Made by a program: the position numbers and the translations under genes. The notes beneath the pieces were generated by a model that saw nothing but the letters and a program-made list of their open reading frames with translations, was not told the origin of the DNA and made no database searches. Below, piece by piece: positions 1 through 8,897 of a DNA stretch of 64,000 nt (positions are counted from its first letter, which is position 1; every line of letters begins with the position of its first letter). Source of the DNA: an uncultured Acidobacteriota bacterium (lineage in GTDB: Bacteria; Acidobacteriota; Vicinamibacteria; Vicinamibacterales; UBA2999); the NCBI GenBank assembly GCA_902826515.1, contig CADEFD010000001.1:3011-67010 (forward strand), in the 5' to 3' direction.

Positions 1-1919
1 ACGTCGAGGCCGTTGCCGCGCAGGAACGTGTTGTAGGTCTGCGCGACCACGACGTTGTAGTAGATCCCCGCGCCGGCGCGCAGCACCGTGCGTCCGCTGC
101 CCGTCGGATCGAAGGCCAGGCCGAGGCGCGGCGCCCAGTTATTGGCGTCGGTCGCGAACCCCGCGGTGACCGGCAGCGCGGGATTCGGGTTGGCCTCGGG
201 CCGCCCGAAGTACTCGTAGCGCAGGCCGACGTTCAGCTTGAGACGGTCGGTCAGGCGGATGTCGTCCTGCACGAAGTAGCCCTGGTTGAACGTCTTCGCC
301 GTGAAGTATTCAGCGCCGATCGCCTGCGTGAAGTTCGAATACGAATAAGGCCGGCCAGTGGAGGGGTCGATGGCGCGCTGCTGCGTCAGCAGGAACTGGT
401 CGAGCGGCGTGACGGCGCCGCGCCCGCCGGTCACGGCGGCCAGGCCGCCGAACACGAACGAGCCGTTGATGTTGGTCGTGCGCTCCTTGAAGCTCACCGG
501 CAGCAGGTCGATGCCGGCCTTCACGGCGTGGCGCCCGGCCGTCCACGTCAGGTTGTTCACGATGTGGATGCCGGCCTCACGCGTCTTGCGGGTGCCGTTG
601 CTGTTGCCGTTGAAGCTGCCGATGCCGCTGATGTTGATGTTCGGCGCGTCGGGATCAGCGGCGACGCCGTTCTCGATGCTGCGCGTGGCGTAGAGCACGC
701 GGGCTTCGTTCACGAGGTTCGGCCGCAGCACCGAAACGAGCTGGGCGGTGTAGGAGAACGGGTTCTCGTCGAAGCGGGTGGCCACTTCACGCGAGATGAG
801 CCCGCCGTTCAGCGGCGACTCGCGGTCGTAGTAGTAGTTGAACCGGAACGACAGGCGGTGCGCGGCGTTCAGCTGTGTGTCGTTGCGCGCGGTGATGGTG
901 TGCGCGCGGAAGGTGGAGGTGTAGGCGCCGATGCTGTCGGCCGGAATGCCGAGCAGCGCGGCGTTGGCGGGGGTGATGGTCGAGACCACCGGCAGGTCCT
1001 GCGACCAGCGCTCGTAGCTCAGGAAGAAGAACGACTTGTCGCGCTTGAGCGGACCGCCCACGGTGCCGCCGTAGTTGTAGCGCTGGAACTCCGGCTCAGG
1101 CGCCGTCGGCGCGAGCAGGAACGGACGCTCGGCCAGCCAGTCCTGCCGCGTGAAGAGATACGCCGAGCCGCGGAACGCGTTGCTGCCCGAGCGCGTGAAG
1201 GCGTTCTGGATGCCGCCGCCGACGCGGCCGAATTCGGCCGAGAAGTTGGTCACCGTCTGGAACTCCTGCACGGCTTCCTGGCTGATGACGAGGTTCCTGG
1301 CGCCGCCCTGGAGGTTGTTCGAGACGCCGTCCACGTTCATCTGGCGCAGACCGAGCCCGCCGTAGACCGTGCTCGGCGTGCCGGTGCCCGAGCCGCCGCT
1401 CGAGATGGGCGGCGCGTTCACGCCGGGCTGCAGCACGAAGAAGTCGAGGATGCTGCGGCCGATGGTGGGCACGGCGCGCACGATGCGCTCGTCGTAGGTG
1501 TTCGACTGCACCGTGCGGCCCACTTCCACGGTGGGCTGCGCGGCCGTGACCTGCACGGCCTCGGCGAAGGCCGTGTTCGACATCTCGAACTCGATGGTCA
1601 GTACCTGGCCGGCACGAAGCATCAGGCCCGTGCGGTTCATCCCGGCGACACCGGGTGCCTCGACGAACACCACGTACTCGCCGGGCGGCATGAGCGGCAT
1701 GCCGTAGCGGCCGGCCGCGTCGCTCACGACCACGCGCTCGTAGCCGGTGCCGGCGTTGAAGGCGCGCACGGTGGCGCCGGCCATCGGCGTGCCGCCGTCG
1801 GCGGTGCGCACGATGCCTTCGATGATGCCGTCGATCGCCTGCCCCTGCCCGTGCGCGAACGCCGCTGGCCACACCAGCATCACGATCGCCACCACCACAC
1901 CTCTGACCCGTGCCTGCAT
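1..1919 (-). CDS. TonB-dependent receptor with N-terminal carboxypeptidase-regulatory-like domain (5' part only; C-terminus runs off the window start)
   Basis: Absent from the ORF track because no stop lies in the window. My reverse-strand translation from ATG at 1919 (GGAGG just upstream) gives MQARVRGVVVAIVMLVWPAAFAHGQGQAIDGIIEGIVRTADGGTPMAGATVRAFNAGTGYERVVVSDAAGRYGMPLMPPGEYVVFVEAPG...SAEFGRVGGGIQNAFTRSGSNAFRGSAYLF. It is collinear with the complete paralog at 4890-7745. Confidence 0.85.
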   Translation of the reverse strand, partial: MQARVRGVVVAIVMLVWPAAFAHGQGQAIDGIIEGIVRTADGGTPMAGATVRAFNAGTGYERVVVSDAAGRYGMPLMPPGEYVVFVEAPGVAGMNRTGLMLRAGQVLTIEFEMSNTAFAEAVQVTAAQPTVEVGRTVQSNTYDERIVRAVPTIGRSILDFFVLQPGVNAPPISSGGSGTGTPSTVYGGLGLRQMNVDGVSNNLQGGARNLVISQEAVQEFQTVTNFSAEFGRVGGGIQNAFTRSGSNAFRGSAYLFTRQDWLAERPFLLAPTAPEPEFQRYNYGGTVGGPLKRDKSFFFLSYERWSQDLPVVSTITPANAALLGIPADSIGAYTSTFRAHTITARNDTQLNAAHRLSFRFNYYYDRESPLNGGLISREVATRFDENPFSYTAQLVSVLRPNLVNEARVLYATRSIENGVAADPDAPNINISGIGSFNGNSNGTRKTREAGIHIVNNLTWTAGRHAVKAGIDLLPVSFKERTTNINGSFVFGGLAAVTGGRGAVTPLDQFLLTQQRAIDPSTGRPYSYSNFTQAIGAEYFTAKTFNQGYFVQDDIRLTDRLKLNVGLRYEYFGRPEANPNPALPVTAGFATDANNWAPRLGLAFDPTGSGRTVLRAGAGIYYNVVVAQTYNTFLRGNGLD

Positions 1920-2041
1920 CTCGCCTCCTGAACAGGGCCGCATCGGGCGGCCACGTTCATTGGGCCACGCCGACATGTCGGAGCCGTCTCGCGCCGCACT
2001 CGTTCCTGTGACGTGCGGACAACATGCGGGTGACTAGTCGG

Positions 2042-2600
2042 GCCGCGCTCCCACGGCGCACGTCCGGCCTGTCGGTCGACGTTTGGAAGCGCCTGTCGGC
2101 GCGACTCCTCCTGCAGGACGGCGGCGAGCTCTACGCCGACGAGGTGCGCAGCACGCGGGTGGACCTCGACATGCGCACCGGCGCCGAGCGCGTGGGTGGG
2201 TAAGACGGGCGTCTCGCTGCGGCTCGCCGGTCAGACGTGGCTCTTCGGCTCGGTCGCGCAGTCGTTACGCGGAACGAGCCGATGCGGCGGATTCCGCCGC
2301 TGAACGGCGGCCTTTCGGTGCAGTGGCGGCCGGGCATCACCGCGTGGGCCGGCCTCGCCACTCGCTGGGCGGCCCGTCAGGACCGCCTGTCGTCAGGCGA
2401 CCGCTCCGACCATCGCATCTCCCCCACCGGCACGCCGGCCTGGGTGACCGTGGACGCGTTCGGCGCGGTGCCCGTCGGCCGGCGCCTGCGCGTCACGGGC
2501 GGGGTGCGCAACCTCTTCGACGCGCTCTATCGGGTGCACGGCTCGGGCATCGACGCGCCGGGCATCACGGCGTGGCTGGCGCTCGGCACCGGCCGTGAGA
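2042..2600 (+). pseudogene. Decayed C-terminal fragment of a TonB-dependent receptor barrel (frameshifted, no N-terminus)
   Basis: Pieces in different + frames read like the last strands of a TBDR. These are TGVSLRLAGQTWLFGSVAQSLRGT, then (other frame) EPMRRIPPLNGGLSVQWRP...WAGLATRWAARQD...TPAWVTVDAFGAVPVGRRLRVTGGVRNLFDALYRVHGSGIDAPG. An in-frame TAA lies at about 2201. No plug domain or signal peptide is present upstream. Boundaries are approximate. Confidence 0.5.
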
Positions 2601-2625
2601 CGCGAACGGCCCCGCCGCCGTGCCC

Positions 2626-4890
2626 TTACGGGTCGAGCGGGTCGGTCGAATCGGCGTGCAGCGCTCGCGGCGACGGCGTGAACTCCTGGTCGAACGGCGA
2701 GAGCCGGCGGCCGAGCGCGCCGGGCAGGTGGCCCATCTCGCGCAGGCAGCGGTCGTGGAACTCGGTGCTGCTGATGTAGGCGCTCTGGCCCGCATCCGAC
2801 GTGATGAGCATCGGCGTCGTGGCCGGCAGGCCGTAGCGCAGCGCGAGCCGGGCCGCATTCCGGAGGTTGGTCGTCGTGTGGCGGGCGTGCGGATCGATGA
2901 TGACGGCCTCGGGCGGCACGCCGAAGTCGCGCACGAGCGCACGTTTCATCTCGAGCGCTTCGTTGAACGGCGTCTGGTTCGGATGCACGTAGCCGCCAGA
3001 CACGAGGATGAACGGCGCCTGGCCCTTGCGGAAGCGCGTCACGGCGAGTTCCAGCCGCATCTTCGCCCACGGATCGAGCGCGACGTCGTCGCGATCGGGG
3101 CCGGCGCCCGGCACGAGGATGGCCGTATAGGCGAAGTCCGCCCAGCGGACGCTGGCGACGCGGCGGACGGCCGCCGCGTTCTCGCCCTCGTGCATCGGCT
3201 CGAAGCGGCCGGCTTCGTCGCGGCGGTTGGCATCGAGCAGGCGGCGCGCGAAGGCCAGCGTGGGCGCGTAGAACGTCGTCAGGTCGTCGCGCTGCTCGTG
3301 CAGCACCGCGGCCATGATGCCGACGAGGCGGCGATACGCCTCCGACGCCGGTTCGTAGGAGACGGCGTCGATCTTCGGGTACCGCGGGGCCGTGCCGAGC
3401 GCGTAGGTGTCGACGATGCGGTTGAGGCCTGCGGCCGTCTCCCGCCACGCCGCGGCGATGAGCGCCGCGTCGTCAGCGGCGGAGTGGGCCTGCAGCATGC
3501 CCGAGGGCCGGAGGTCACGCGCGGCCAGGGCGCGCAGGTCGGCGTTCGTGGCCGCGAGCGCCGCCAGCGCCCGTTCGGCGGCCGCGACATCGGCCGTACT
3601 CCACGAGAACGCCGCCGCGATACACGCCGTATCGGTGCCGCAGGACGTCGCCGCTTTCGCCAGCGCGTGGATCTTCGCGTCGCGAAGCGCCTTGAGGGCC
3701 GGCGCCTGCTCGACGGCGGCCCGCACGGCGGGCGTGCGGCCGATGGCGTCGAGCAGATAGAAGTTCTTGCCGATGACCGGATCCGTGAAGGCGATCGGCC
3801 GGAAGCCGCGACCGGCATCTGCCGCGGGCGGCGGCGTGGGCTTTGCCGCACTAGGCGTCGGCGCCACGTGCGCCGGGGCGCTGCCCGTCGCCGGGTTGTA
3901 GCGCGGATGCGCCGGCACGATCGGGTTGCCGCCTGGATCGTTGACCGGCGGTTCGCCGCTCTTCAGCCAGGCCGTGTAGGCGAGGTCGCGCAGCAGCGCC
4001 GCGCCGCGCGCGGTCTGCTGGATGACCAGCGCGCGCGCCTCGACGTTCGTGGCGTCGGCGAGCGCCCCTGCCTTCTCGAGACGGTAGACCTGTTCGGTGT
4101 GACGCCCCGCCTCGTCGAGGTGTTCGACGATCGCGGTGAAGGGATCGGCGAGACGCCGCGCCGCCGGCACCTTCGGCTGGATGTCGCCGCCCTCGAGCTG
4201 CATCAGATCGACGAACCGCGTCTCGAAGAGGCCGTGCACGCGCGGGTCGGTCGTGTAGCCGCGCGGATTGGCCCCCTGCCAGCCGTCGTGATGCACGGTG
4301 TCGTGCAGCGGCTGCGCGCCGTCGGCGGTGTAGTGCCCGGTCCAGCCCATCGCATACGCGATCTCGAGCTCCGCGAAGCGCGTGTCTTCCTTACGCTCCC
4401 GCAGCGCGCGATACGTGCGCATGCCGGTGAGCATCCGCTCGTAGCCTTCCACCGCGGCGTAGGCCATGGTGCCCGTCCAGCGGACGTTGGTGAGCGCAGC
4501 GGCCGGATCACCCGCCGCCGCCAGACGCCGCTGCTCGTCGTAGAGCTTCAGCACGAACTCGTAGCGCGACCGCGGAATCTCGGTCATGAACGAGAACTGT
4601 TCCTTGAACCAGCCGTGATTCGGGTCTTCCAGCATCTTGAGAAAAGGCTCCGAGGGCCGGCGCCACGCGTCGGGGATGACCGACAGATAGGCAATCCAGT
4701 CTTCGTGCGCCTTGAGGAACGCCGGGCCGTCATCCGGCAGCGTGCGCACCGCCACGCGGTTGATCCACGTATGCGCACGCACGCCCCAGGCCGTGCCAGA
4801 CGTCGAGGTGATGCAGAGGGCCGCCGCCACCACGAGGGCGGCCGCCGCACGGCGGCTCCGCGCCGGCCACGTCGAGGTGCTTGTCGCCAT
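2626..4890 (-). CDS. Secreted fusion protein: S1/P1-nuclease / zinc phospholipase-C-like N-domain + Ala-rich middle region + DUF218 (YdcF/ElyC-like) C-domain
   Basis: ORF 2626..4995 trimmed to MATSTSTWPARSRRAAAALVVAAALCITSTSGTAWGVRAH (signal peptide followed by a WG..H start typical of P1 nuclease). GWTGHYTADGAQPLHD matches the HxxxDxxQPLH zinc motif. The C-terminus AILVPGAGPDR...APFILVSGGYVHP...ALEMKRALVRDFGVPPEAVIIDPHARHTTTN is DUF218-like. The start ATG overlaps the upstream TBDR stop (TAATG). Confidence 0.8.
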   Translation of the reverse strand: MATSTSTWPARSRRAAAALVVAAALCITSTSGTAWGVRAHTWINRVAVRTLPDDGPAFLKAHEDWIAYLSVIPDAWRRPSEPFLKMLEDPNHGWFKEQFSFMTEIPRSRYEFVLKLYDEQRRLAAAGDPAAALTNVRWTGTMAYAAVEGYERMLTGMRTYRALRERKEDTRFAELEIAYAMGWTGHYTADGAQPLHDTVHHDGWQGANPRGYTTDPRVHGLFETRFVDLMQLEGGDIQPKVPAARRLADPFTAIVEHLDEAGRHTEQVYRLEKAGALADATNVEARALVIQQTARGAALLRDLAYTAWLKSGEPPVNDPGGNPIVPAHPRYNPATGSAPAHVAPTPSAAKPTPPPAADAGRGFRPIAFTDPVIGKNFYLLDAIGRTPAVRAAVEQAPALKALRDAKIHALAKAATSCGTDTACIAAAFSWSTADVAAAERALAALAATNADLRALAARDLRPSGMLQAHSAADDAALIAAAWRETAAGLNRIVDTYALGTAPRYPKIDAVSYEPASEAYRRLVGIMAAVLHEQRDDLTTFYAPTLAFARRLLDANRRDEAGRFEPMHEGENAAAVRRVASVRWADFAYTAILVPGAGPDRDDVALDPWAKMRLELAVTRFRKGQAPFILVSGGYVHPNQTPFNEALEMKRALVRDFGVPPEAVIIDPHARHTTTNLRNAARLALRYGLPATTPMLITSDAGQSAYISSTEFHDRCLREMGHLPGALGRRLSPFDQEFTPSPRALHADSTDPLDP

Positions 4891-7745
4891 TAGAAGAGCA
4901 CCCGCGCGCCGAACTGCACGTAGCGGCCGGGTCGCGTGCCGGTGATGCGTCCGAAGTCGGCGGCGCCGTCGCGGTTGACCACGGCGCCCGTGCACCCGGC
5001 GATGCTGCAGGACGCGTTCAGCCGGTTCAGCAGGTTCTCGGATTCCACCATCAACTCGACCGAGCCGAGGTCGGCGACGCGGATGCGGCGCGACAGGCGC
5101 AGATCCACCTGGAAGTAGTTCGGGCCGACGAAGGCGTTACGTCCGCGGAAGAGCGCGCGGTCGTTCAGCACGAGGTCGTTGTTGAGGTCGGCGCCCGCCG
5201 TGGCGTTCACCGGGAAGCCGCTGTTGTAGAACACCAGCGTCGAGAGCTGCGTGCCCGTAAGCCAGCGGAACGGTCCGCGCGCGATCTCGGGGGCGAACGA
5301 CGCCTGCGCGCTCACGTTGTGGCGCAGGTCACCGGGGCTCGGGCCCCAGTCGCGTTCCGGATCGGTCGGGTCCGTCAGTGCGCCGCCCTCCATGTCGCCG
5401 ATGCTGCGGGCACGCGAGTAGCTGTAGCTGCCGCTCAGCTGCACGCCGCCGGCGAGGCGCTGCCGCACGGTGAGGTCGAGCGCGTGGTAGCTGCCGCGGC
5501 CCTGGCTCTCCACGAGATTGATGGCGCGGAACGCCGGGTTCGGCCGGTTCGTCGAGCCGGTGAACACCGGGCGTCCGTCGGCGAGGGTGCTCGTCACCGG
5601 GCCAAGGTTGATGTCGCGCGCGTAGGGCGTGTCGCGGTGGCCCCAGTAGCTGTAGCCCACGGCCACCAGCAGGTGGTCGGTGAGCTGGCGCTCGATCGTC
5701 ACGTTCGCCTGGTGCGCGAACATCGTCTCGAAGTTGTCGGGAAACACGGTGATGCTCGGCGGCGTCGTGAAGGCCGGGTCGGCGGTGGCCAGCAGGTTCG
5801 GGAACTGCGGCGACCGCGCGTCGCTGCCGGGCACGACGTAGCTGAGGATGCGGCGGCCGTTGATCTGTGCGGCATTCACGATGAGCCCGAGGCTCGTGGT
5901 GTCGTAGAAGAGCCCGTAGCCGGCGCGCACCGAGGTGCGCTGGCTGCCGCCCGGACGCCACGTGAGGCCGAGGCGCGGGGCGATGTTGTTGGTGTCGTCC
6001 ACCACTTCGCGCGAGAGTGCGTATGGCGCCTGCGCGTCGAGCAGCGGGTACTTCTGCAGTTCGTAGCGCACGCCGGCGCTGAGCGTGAGGTCGTCACGCA
6101 GCCGCACCTCGTCCTGCAGGAAGAGGTTCAGGTAGTGAAAGCGCAGCTTCAGGGTGGGGTCGCCGAGTTCCTGCTGGAGCTGCGTGTAGGTGAAGGGCCG
6201 GCCCGTCGCCGGGTCGACGCGGCCAGCCACCGTGTTCAGGTACTGGTCGAGCGGCGTCACGGCGCCGCGGCCGCCCGACGCCGCCAGGCCGGCGAACGTG
6301 AAGTTCCGGGCGAGCGCGTTGGTCACGTCGAAACCGGTGGTCTGGTAGTCGATGCCGGTCTTGAGCGAGTGGCGCCCCTTCGTCCACGTCAGGTTGTCGA
6401 TGAACTGCAGGCTCGCCTCCACGCTGGCCGAGCCCGCCGTCGGGTTGACGCCGAAGTTGGCGACGCTGCTGATGCTGATGTTGGCGCCGTTGGCGGTGGC
6501 TTCCCCGTACGGCTCGCGTTCTTCGGCGCGGCGGTTGAAGCCGAAACGCAGTTCGTTCAGCAGTCCGGCGCCGAACGTCGTCGCCAGCTGCGCGCCGATG
6601 CCGTTCATGCGGTCCTTGAAGGAGACGCTGCGGCTCGGGGTCGTGAGGCCGCCGCCGCCGCCCGGCTGGTCGTTCGTGAAGCGCGTGTAGCGCAGGAAGC
6701 CGCTGTTGCGGTCGCTGGCGCGGAAGTTCACCTTCAGGCTCGGCGTGTGGAAGGTCTCGCCGAAGGGCGAGTTGCCGAGGTCCGAGGCCGGAATGCCGAT
6801 GGCGGCCGCCGCGGCGGGATTGATCGTGACCGGCTGCGGCAGCTTGAGCGGGTTGTATTCGTAGTTGGCGAAGAAGAAGACGCGGTCGCGGACGATCGGC
6901 CCGCCGGTGTTGCCCTGCACCATCCACCATTCCTGCTGCGGCTTCACGGCGGCAAGCGGCGGACGCGCCGCCCACTCGTTGGGGCGGAAGAGCGACATCG
7001 CGCCGCCATGGAAGGTGTTGGTGCCCGAGCGGCTGATGACGTTGATGACGCCGCCGGCGGCGCGGCCGAACTCGGCCGAGTAGGCGCCCGACAGCACCTG
7101 CATCTCCTCGACGTTCTCCGGCGTGCTGATGACGAGGCGGATCTGGCGGTTGGTGCGGCGCTGCGAGTTGTCGATGCCGTCCATCGACCACGCCATGCGG
7201 TTGTGGCCGCCCACGAGGAACTGCGTGGTGCCGAAGCCGGTGCTCGGCAGCCCCTTCACGCCGGGGCCGACGAGGTGGAAGTTATAGACGTTGCGCGACG
7301 TGATCGGCAGCGTGCGCACGGCCTCTTCGCTCAGCACGGCGCCCGAGGCACCCTGCCCGGCCAGCACCATCGAAGCATCCGCCGTGACCTGCACGGTTTC
7401 GGTCGTGCCGCCGACGGCGAGCGGTATCTCGACGCGCGCCTGCGTGCCGACGCTGAGACGGATGCCGGTCTGCTGGTAGTCGGCGAAACCCTGCGCGCTC
7501 ACGAGGAGCTGGTACTCGCCCACCTGCAGCAGCGGAAAGCGGAAATAGCCCTGGCCATCACTCGTGGTCTCGCGCACCTGATTCGTGCCGAGGTTGAGGG
7601 CGATGATGCGCGCGGCGGGCACCGAGGCACCGCTCGGATCGCGGACGAAGCCATCGAGCGCGCCGTCGGTGGCGTTGCTCTGCGCGGCGACGCCGGCCGG
7701 CCACGCGAGGACGAGGAGGAACAGGAGGGTGAACAGTCGCTGCAT
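4890..7745 (-). CDS. TonB-dependent receptor with carboxypeptidase-regulatory-like domain
   Basis: ORF 4890..7811 trimmed to MQRLFTLLFLLVLAWPAGVAAQ. Motifs seen: GALDGFVRDPSGASVPAARIIALNLGTNQVRETTSDGQGYFRFPLLQVGEYQLLVSAQGF (CarboxypepD_reg); plug-like TVQVTADASMV...LPITSRNVYNF; SAEFGRAAGGVINVISRSGTN; and a C-terminal barrel ending YVQFGARVLF. Confidence 0.93.
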   Translation of the reverse strand: MQRLFTLLFLLVLAWPAGVAAQSNATDGALDGFVRDPSGASVPAARIIALNLGTNQVRETTSDGQGYFRFPLLQVGEYQLLVSAQGFADYQQTGIRLSVGTQARVEIPLAVGGTTETVQVTADASMVLAGQGASGAVLSEEAVRTLPITSRNVYNFHLVGPGVKGLPSTGFGTTQFLVGGHNRMAWSMDGIDNSQRRTNRQIRLVISTPENVEEMQVLSGAYSAEFGRAAGGVINVISRSGTNTFHGGAMSLFRPNEWAARPPLAAVKPQQEWWMVQGNTGGPIVRDRVFFFANYEYNPLKLPQPVTINPAAAAAIGIPASDLGNSPFGETFHTPSLKVNFRASDRNSGFLRYTRFTNDQPGGGGGLTTPSRSVSFKDRMNGIGAQLATTFGAGLLNELRFGFNRRAEEREPYGEATANGANISISSVANFGVNPTAGSASVEASLQFIDNLTWTKGRHSLKTGIDYQTTGFDVTNALARNFTFAGLAASGGRGAVTPLDQYLNTVAGRVDPATGRPFTYTQLQQELGDPTLKLRFHYLNLFLQDEVRLRDDLTLSAGVRYELQKYPLLDAQAPYALSREVVDDTNNIAPRLGLTWRPGGSQRTSVRAGYGLFYDTTSLGLIVNAAQINGRRILSYVVPGSDARSPQFPNLLATADPAFTTPPSITVFPDNFETMFAHQANVTIERQLTDHLLVAVGYSYWGHRDTPYARDINLGPVTSTLADGRPVFTGSTNRPNPAFRAINLVESQGRGSYHALDLTVRQRLAGGVQLSGSYSYSRARSIGDMEGGALTDPTDPERDWGPSPGDLRHNVSAQASFAPEIARGPFRWLTGTQLSTLVFYNSGFPVNATAGADLNNDLVLNDRALFRGRNAFVGPNYFQVDLRLSRRIRVADLGSVELMVESENLLNRLNASCSIAGCTGAVVNRDGAADFGRITGTRPGRYVQFGARVLF

Positions 7746-7879
7746 CGTGACGATCTCCGGATGACGGGTGAACATCGTCATGGTGGCGGGCGCGCACGAC
7801 AGCGTCGCCAACGCGGGGTAACGACCACGCGAAGCCCGCGCTTTGCACGCGCGTCACGCGGCACTGGTAAGGTCTGGCG

Positions 7880-8887
7880 ATGCGCGCAGCACGATGGGGT
7901 GTGGCGGGGGTACTCGTGGTGGCGGCGCTCGGGTTGGCATCGGGGCCATCTGAGCCGTTGGCGACATGGACACCACGTGTCTGGCTGCACGCGCACAACT
8001 GCTATCCGGACGAAGGACGCGGCGCCGATCGGCTCGCGCGGGCCCTGGCGGCTGCCCGTGGCACGGTGGCGATCGAGCAGGACGTGGTGTGGGACGCGCG
8101 CCGGCGGCAGCCGGTGGTCTCACACGACACCGAACTCGATGGCCATGAGCCAACGCTCGAAGCGCACTTCTTCGAGGCGCTCGCGCCGCGGCTCGAGCGC
8201 GCGCGTGCGGTCGGCGACACCGCCGCCTGGCCGCTCGTCGTGCTGCACCTCGATTTCAAGACCAACGAACCCGAACATCACGCGGCGATCTGGGCGCTGC
8301 TCGGCCGCTACGAGCGCTGGCTCACGACGGCGCCGCGGGTGGCCGACGCGGCCGCGCCGCAGCCTTTCTCGCCCGGGCCGCTCCTCGTATTGACCGAACA
8401 GGGCGAGGGCCAGGAGCGTGTCTTCCACGACGGCGTGCCCGTGGGCGCGCGCCTGCGGATCTTCGGCACGGTGCCCACGCCGCCCGGCGACAGCGACGAC
8501 CCGCCGGATGTGCGCGCGGCGAAGGCCGTCGCCGCCGGGCCGGAGCAACTCATCCCGAGCGGCGCCACGAACTACCGCCGCTGGACCAACCACGCGTGGG
8601 CGGTGGTCGAGGCCGGCGGTCCGCCGCGCGCGGGTGCCTGGACGACGGCGGACAGGGCGCGGCTCGACGCGCTCGTCACCCGGGCGCATGCGCTCGGGCT
8701 CTGGCTGCGCTTCTACACGCTGAACGGACACGCGCCGAACGACGCGGGCTGGTCGGAGGGTTACAACTTCGGATCGCCCGATGCCGTGGGCCCGCGCTGG
8801 CGGGCCGCAATCGCGGCCGGCGTGGACTTCATCGCCACCGATCAGTACGAAGCCTTCAGCGAGACCCGGGCGGCGGCGATCCGCTGA
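7880..8887 (+). CDS. Secreted PLC-like phosphodiesterase (Ca-dependent PI-PLC / glycerophosphodiesterase-like TIM barrel)
   Basis: Signal peptide MRAARWGVAGVLVVAALGLASG. LHAHNCYPDEGRGADRLARALAAARGTVAIEQDVVWD resembles the HAHNDY...E.DV start of the bacterial PI-PLC-C1 family. It ends in a barrel-like GVDFIATDQYE. Confidence 0.65.
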   Translation: MRAARWGVAGVLVVAALGLASGPSEPLATWTPRVWLHAHNCYPDEGRGADRLARALAAARGTVAIEQDVVWDARRRQPVVSHDTELDGHEPTLEAHFFEALAPRLERARAVGDTAAWPLVVLHLDFKTNEPEHHAAIWALLGRYERWLTTAPRVADAAAPQPFSPGPLLVLTEQGEGQERVFHDGVPVGARLRIFGTVPTPPGDSDDPPDVRAAKAVAAGPEQLIPSGATNYRRWTNHAWAVVEAGGPPRAGAWTTADRARLDALVTRAHALGLWLRFYTLNGHAPNDAGWSEGYNFGSPDAVGPRWRAAIAAGVDFIATDQYEAFSETRAAAIR

Positions 8888-8897
8888 GTGGTGCCGC

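Noticed and set aside
528-1931. 467-aa + strand ORF (and 1096..1872 on the minus strand) covering the first 2 kb
   Set aside because: The translations are Arg/Ala/Gly/His-rich and low in complexity. The reverse frame starting at 1919 gives a clean TonB-dependent receptor with a signal peptide and conserved motifs, so these are GC-driven shadow ORFs.
2626-4995. N-terminal extensions of real genes in the ORF track (for example 2626..4995, 11092..13026, 13624..15951, 16167..18971, 20828..22126, 26403..28481, 26430..30407, 30017..33532, 39131..41209, 40822..41790, 43809..46934, 57824..59029)
   Set aside because: The extended parts are Arg/Pro/His-rich and overlap the upstream genes. Internal starts give proper signal peptides, GGAG motifs or ATGA/GTGA/TAATG coupling to the upstream stop, so I trimmed to those starts.
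7746-7879. Possible Pho boxes or other shared operators in the divergent spacer between the receptor and the PLC-like gene. I also searched for sigma-54-type TGGCAC-N5-TTGC motifs upstream of the S8 gene (50584-50861)
   Set aside because: I saw only weak short repeats (for example ATGACG...CGTCAT). Nothing matched a consensus with correct spacing, and I cannot evaluate lineage-specific motifs by eye.
4881-8393. 1170-aa + strand ORF antisense to the receptor gene. The same kind of ORF occurs at 2620..4893, 10264..12120, 12696..14105, 13843..15729, 24163..26445, 31271..34318, 34783..36372, 36379..38739, 43611..46703, 46129..50631, 50640..52748, 52484..54181, 56703..58745 and 61459..63207
   Set aside because: All are antisense or off-frame to genes with strong family motifs. 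Their composition is biased (runs of R, A, G, H, D, E, P). They lack signal peptides, TM segments or motifs. This is the expected artefact of very high GC, where stop codons are rare in all six frames.
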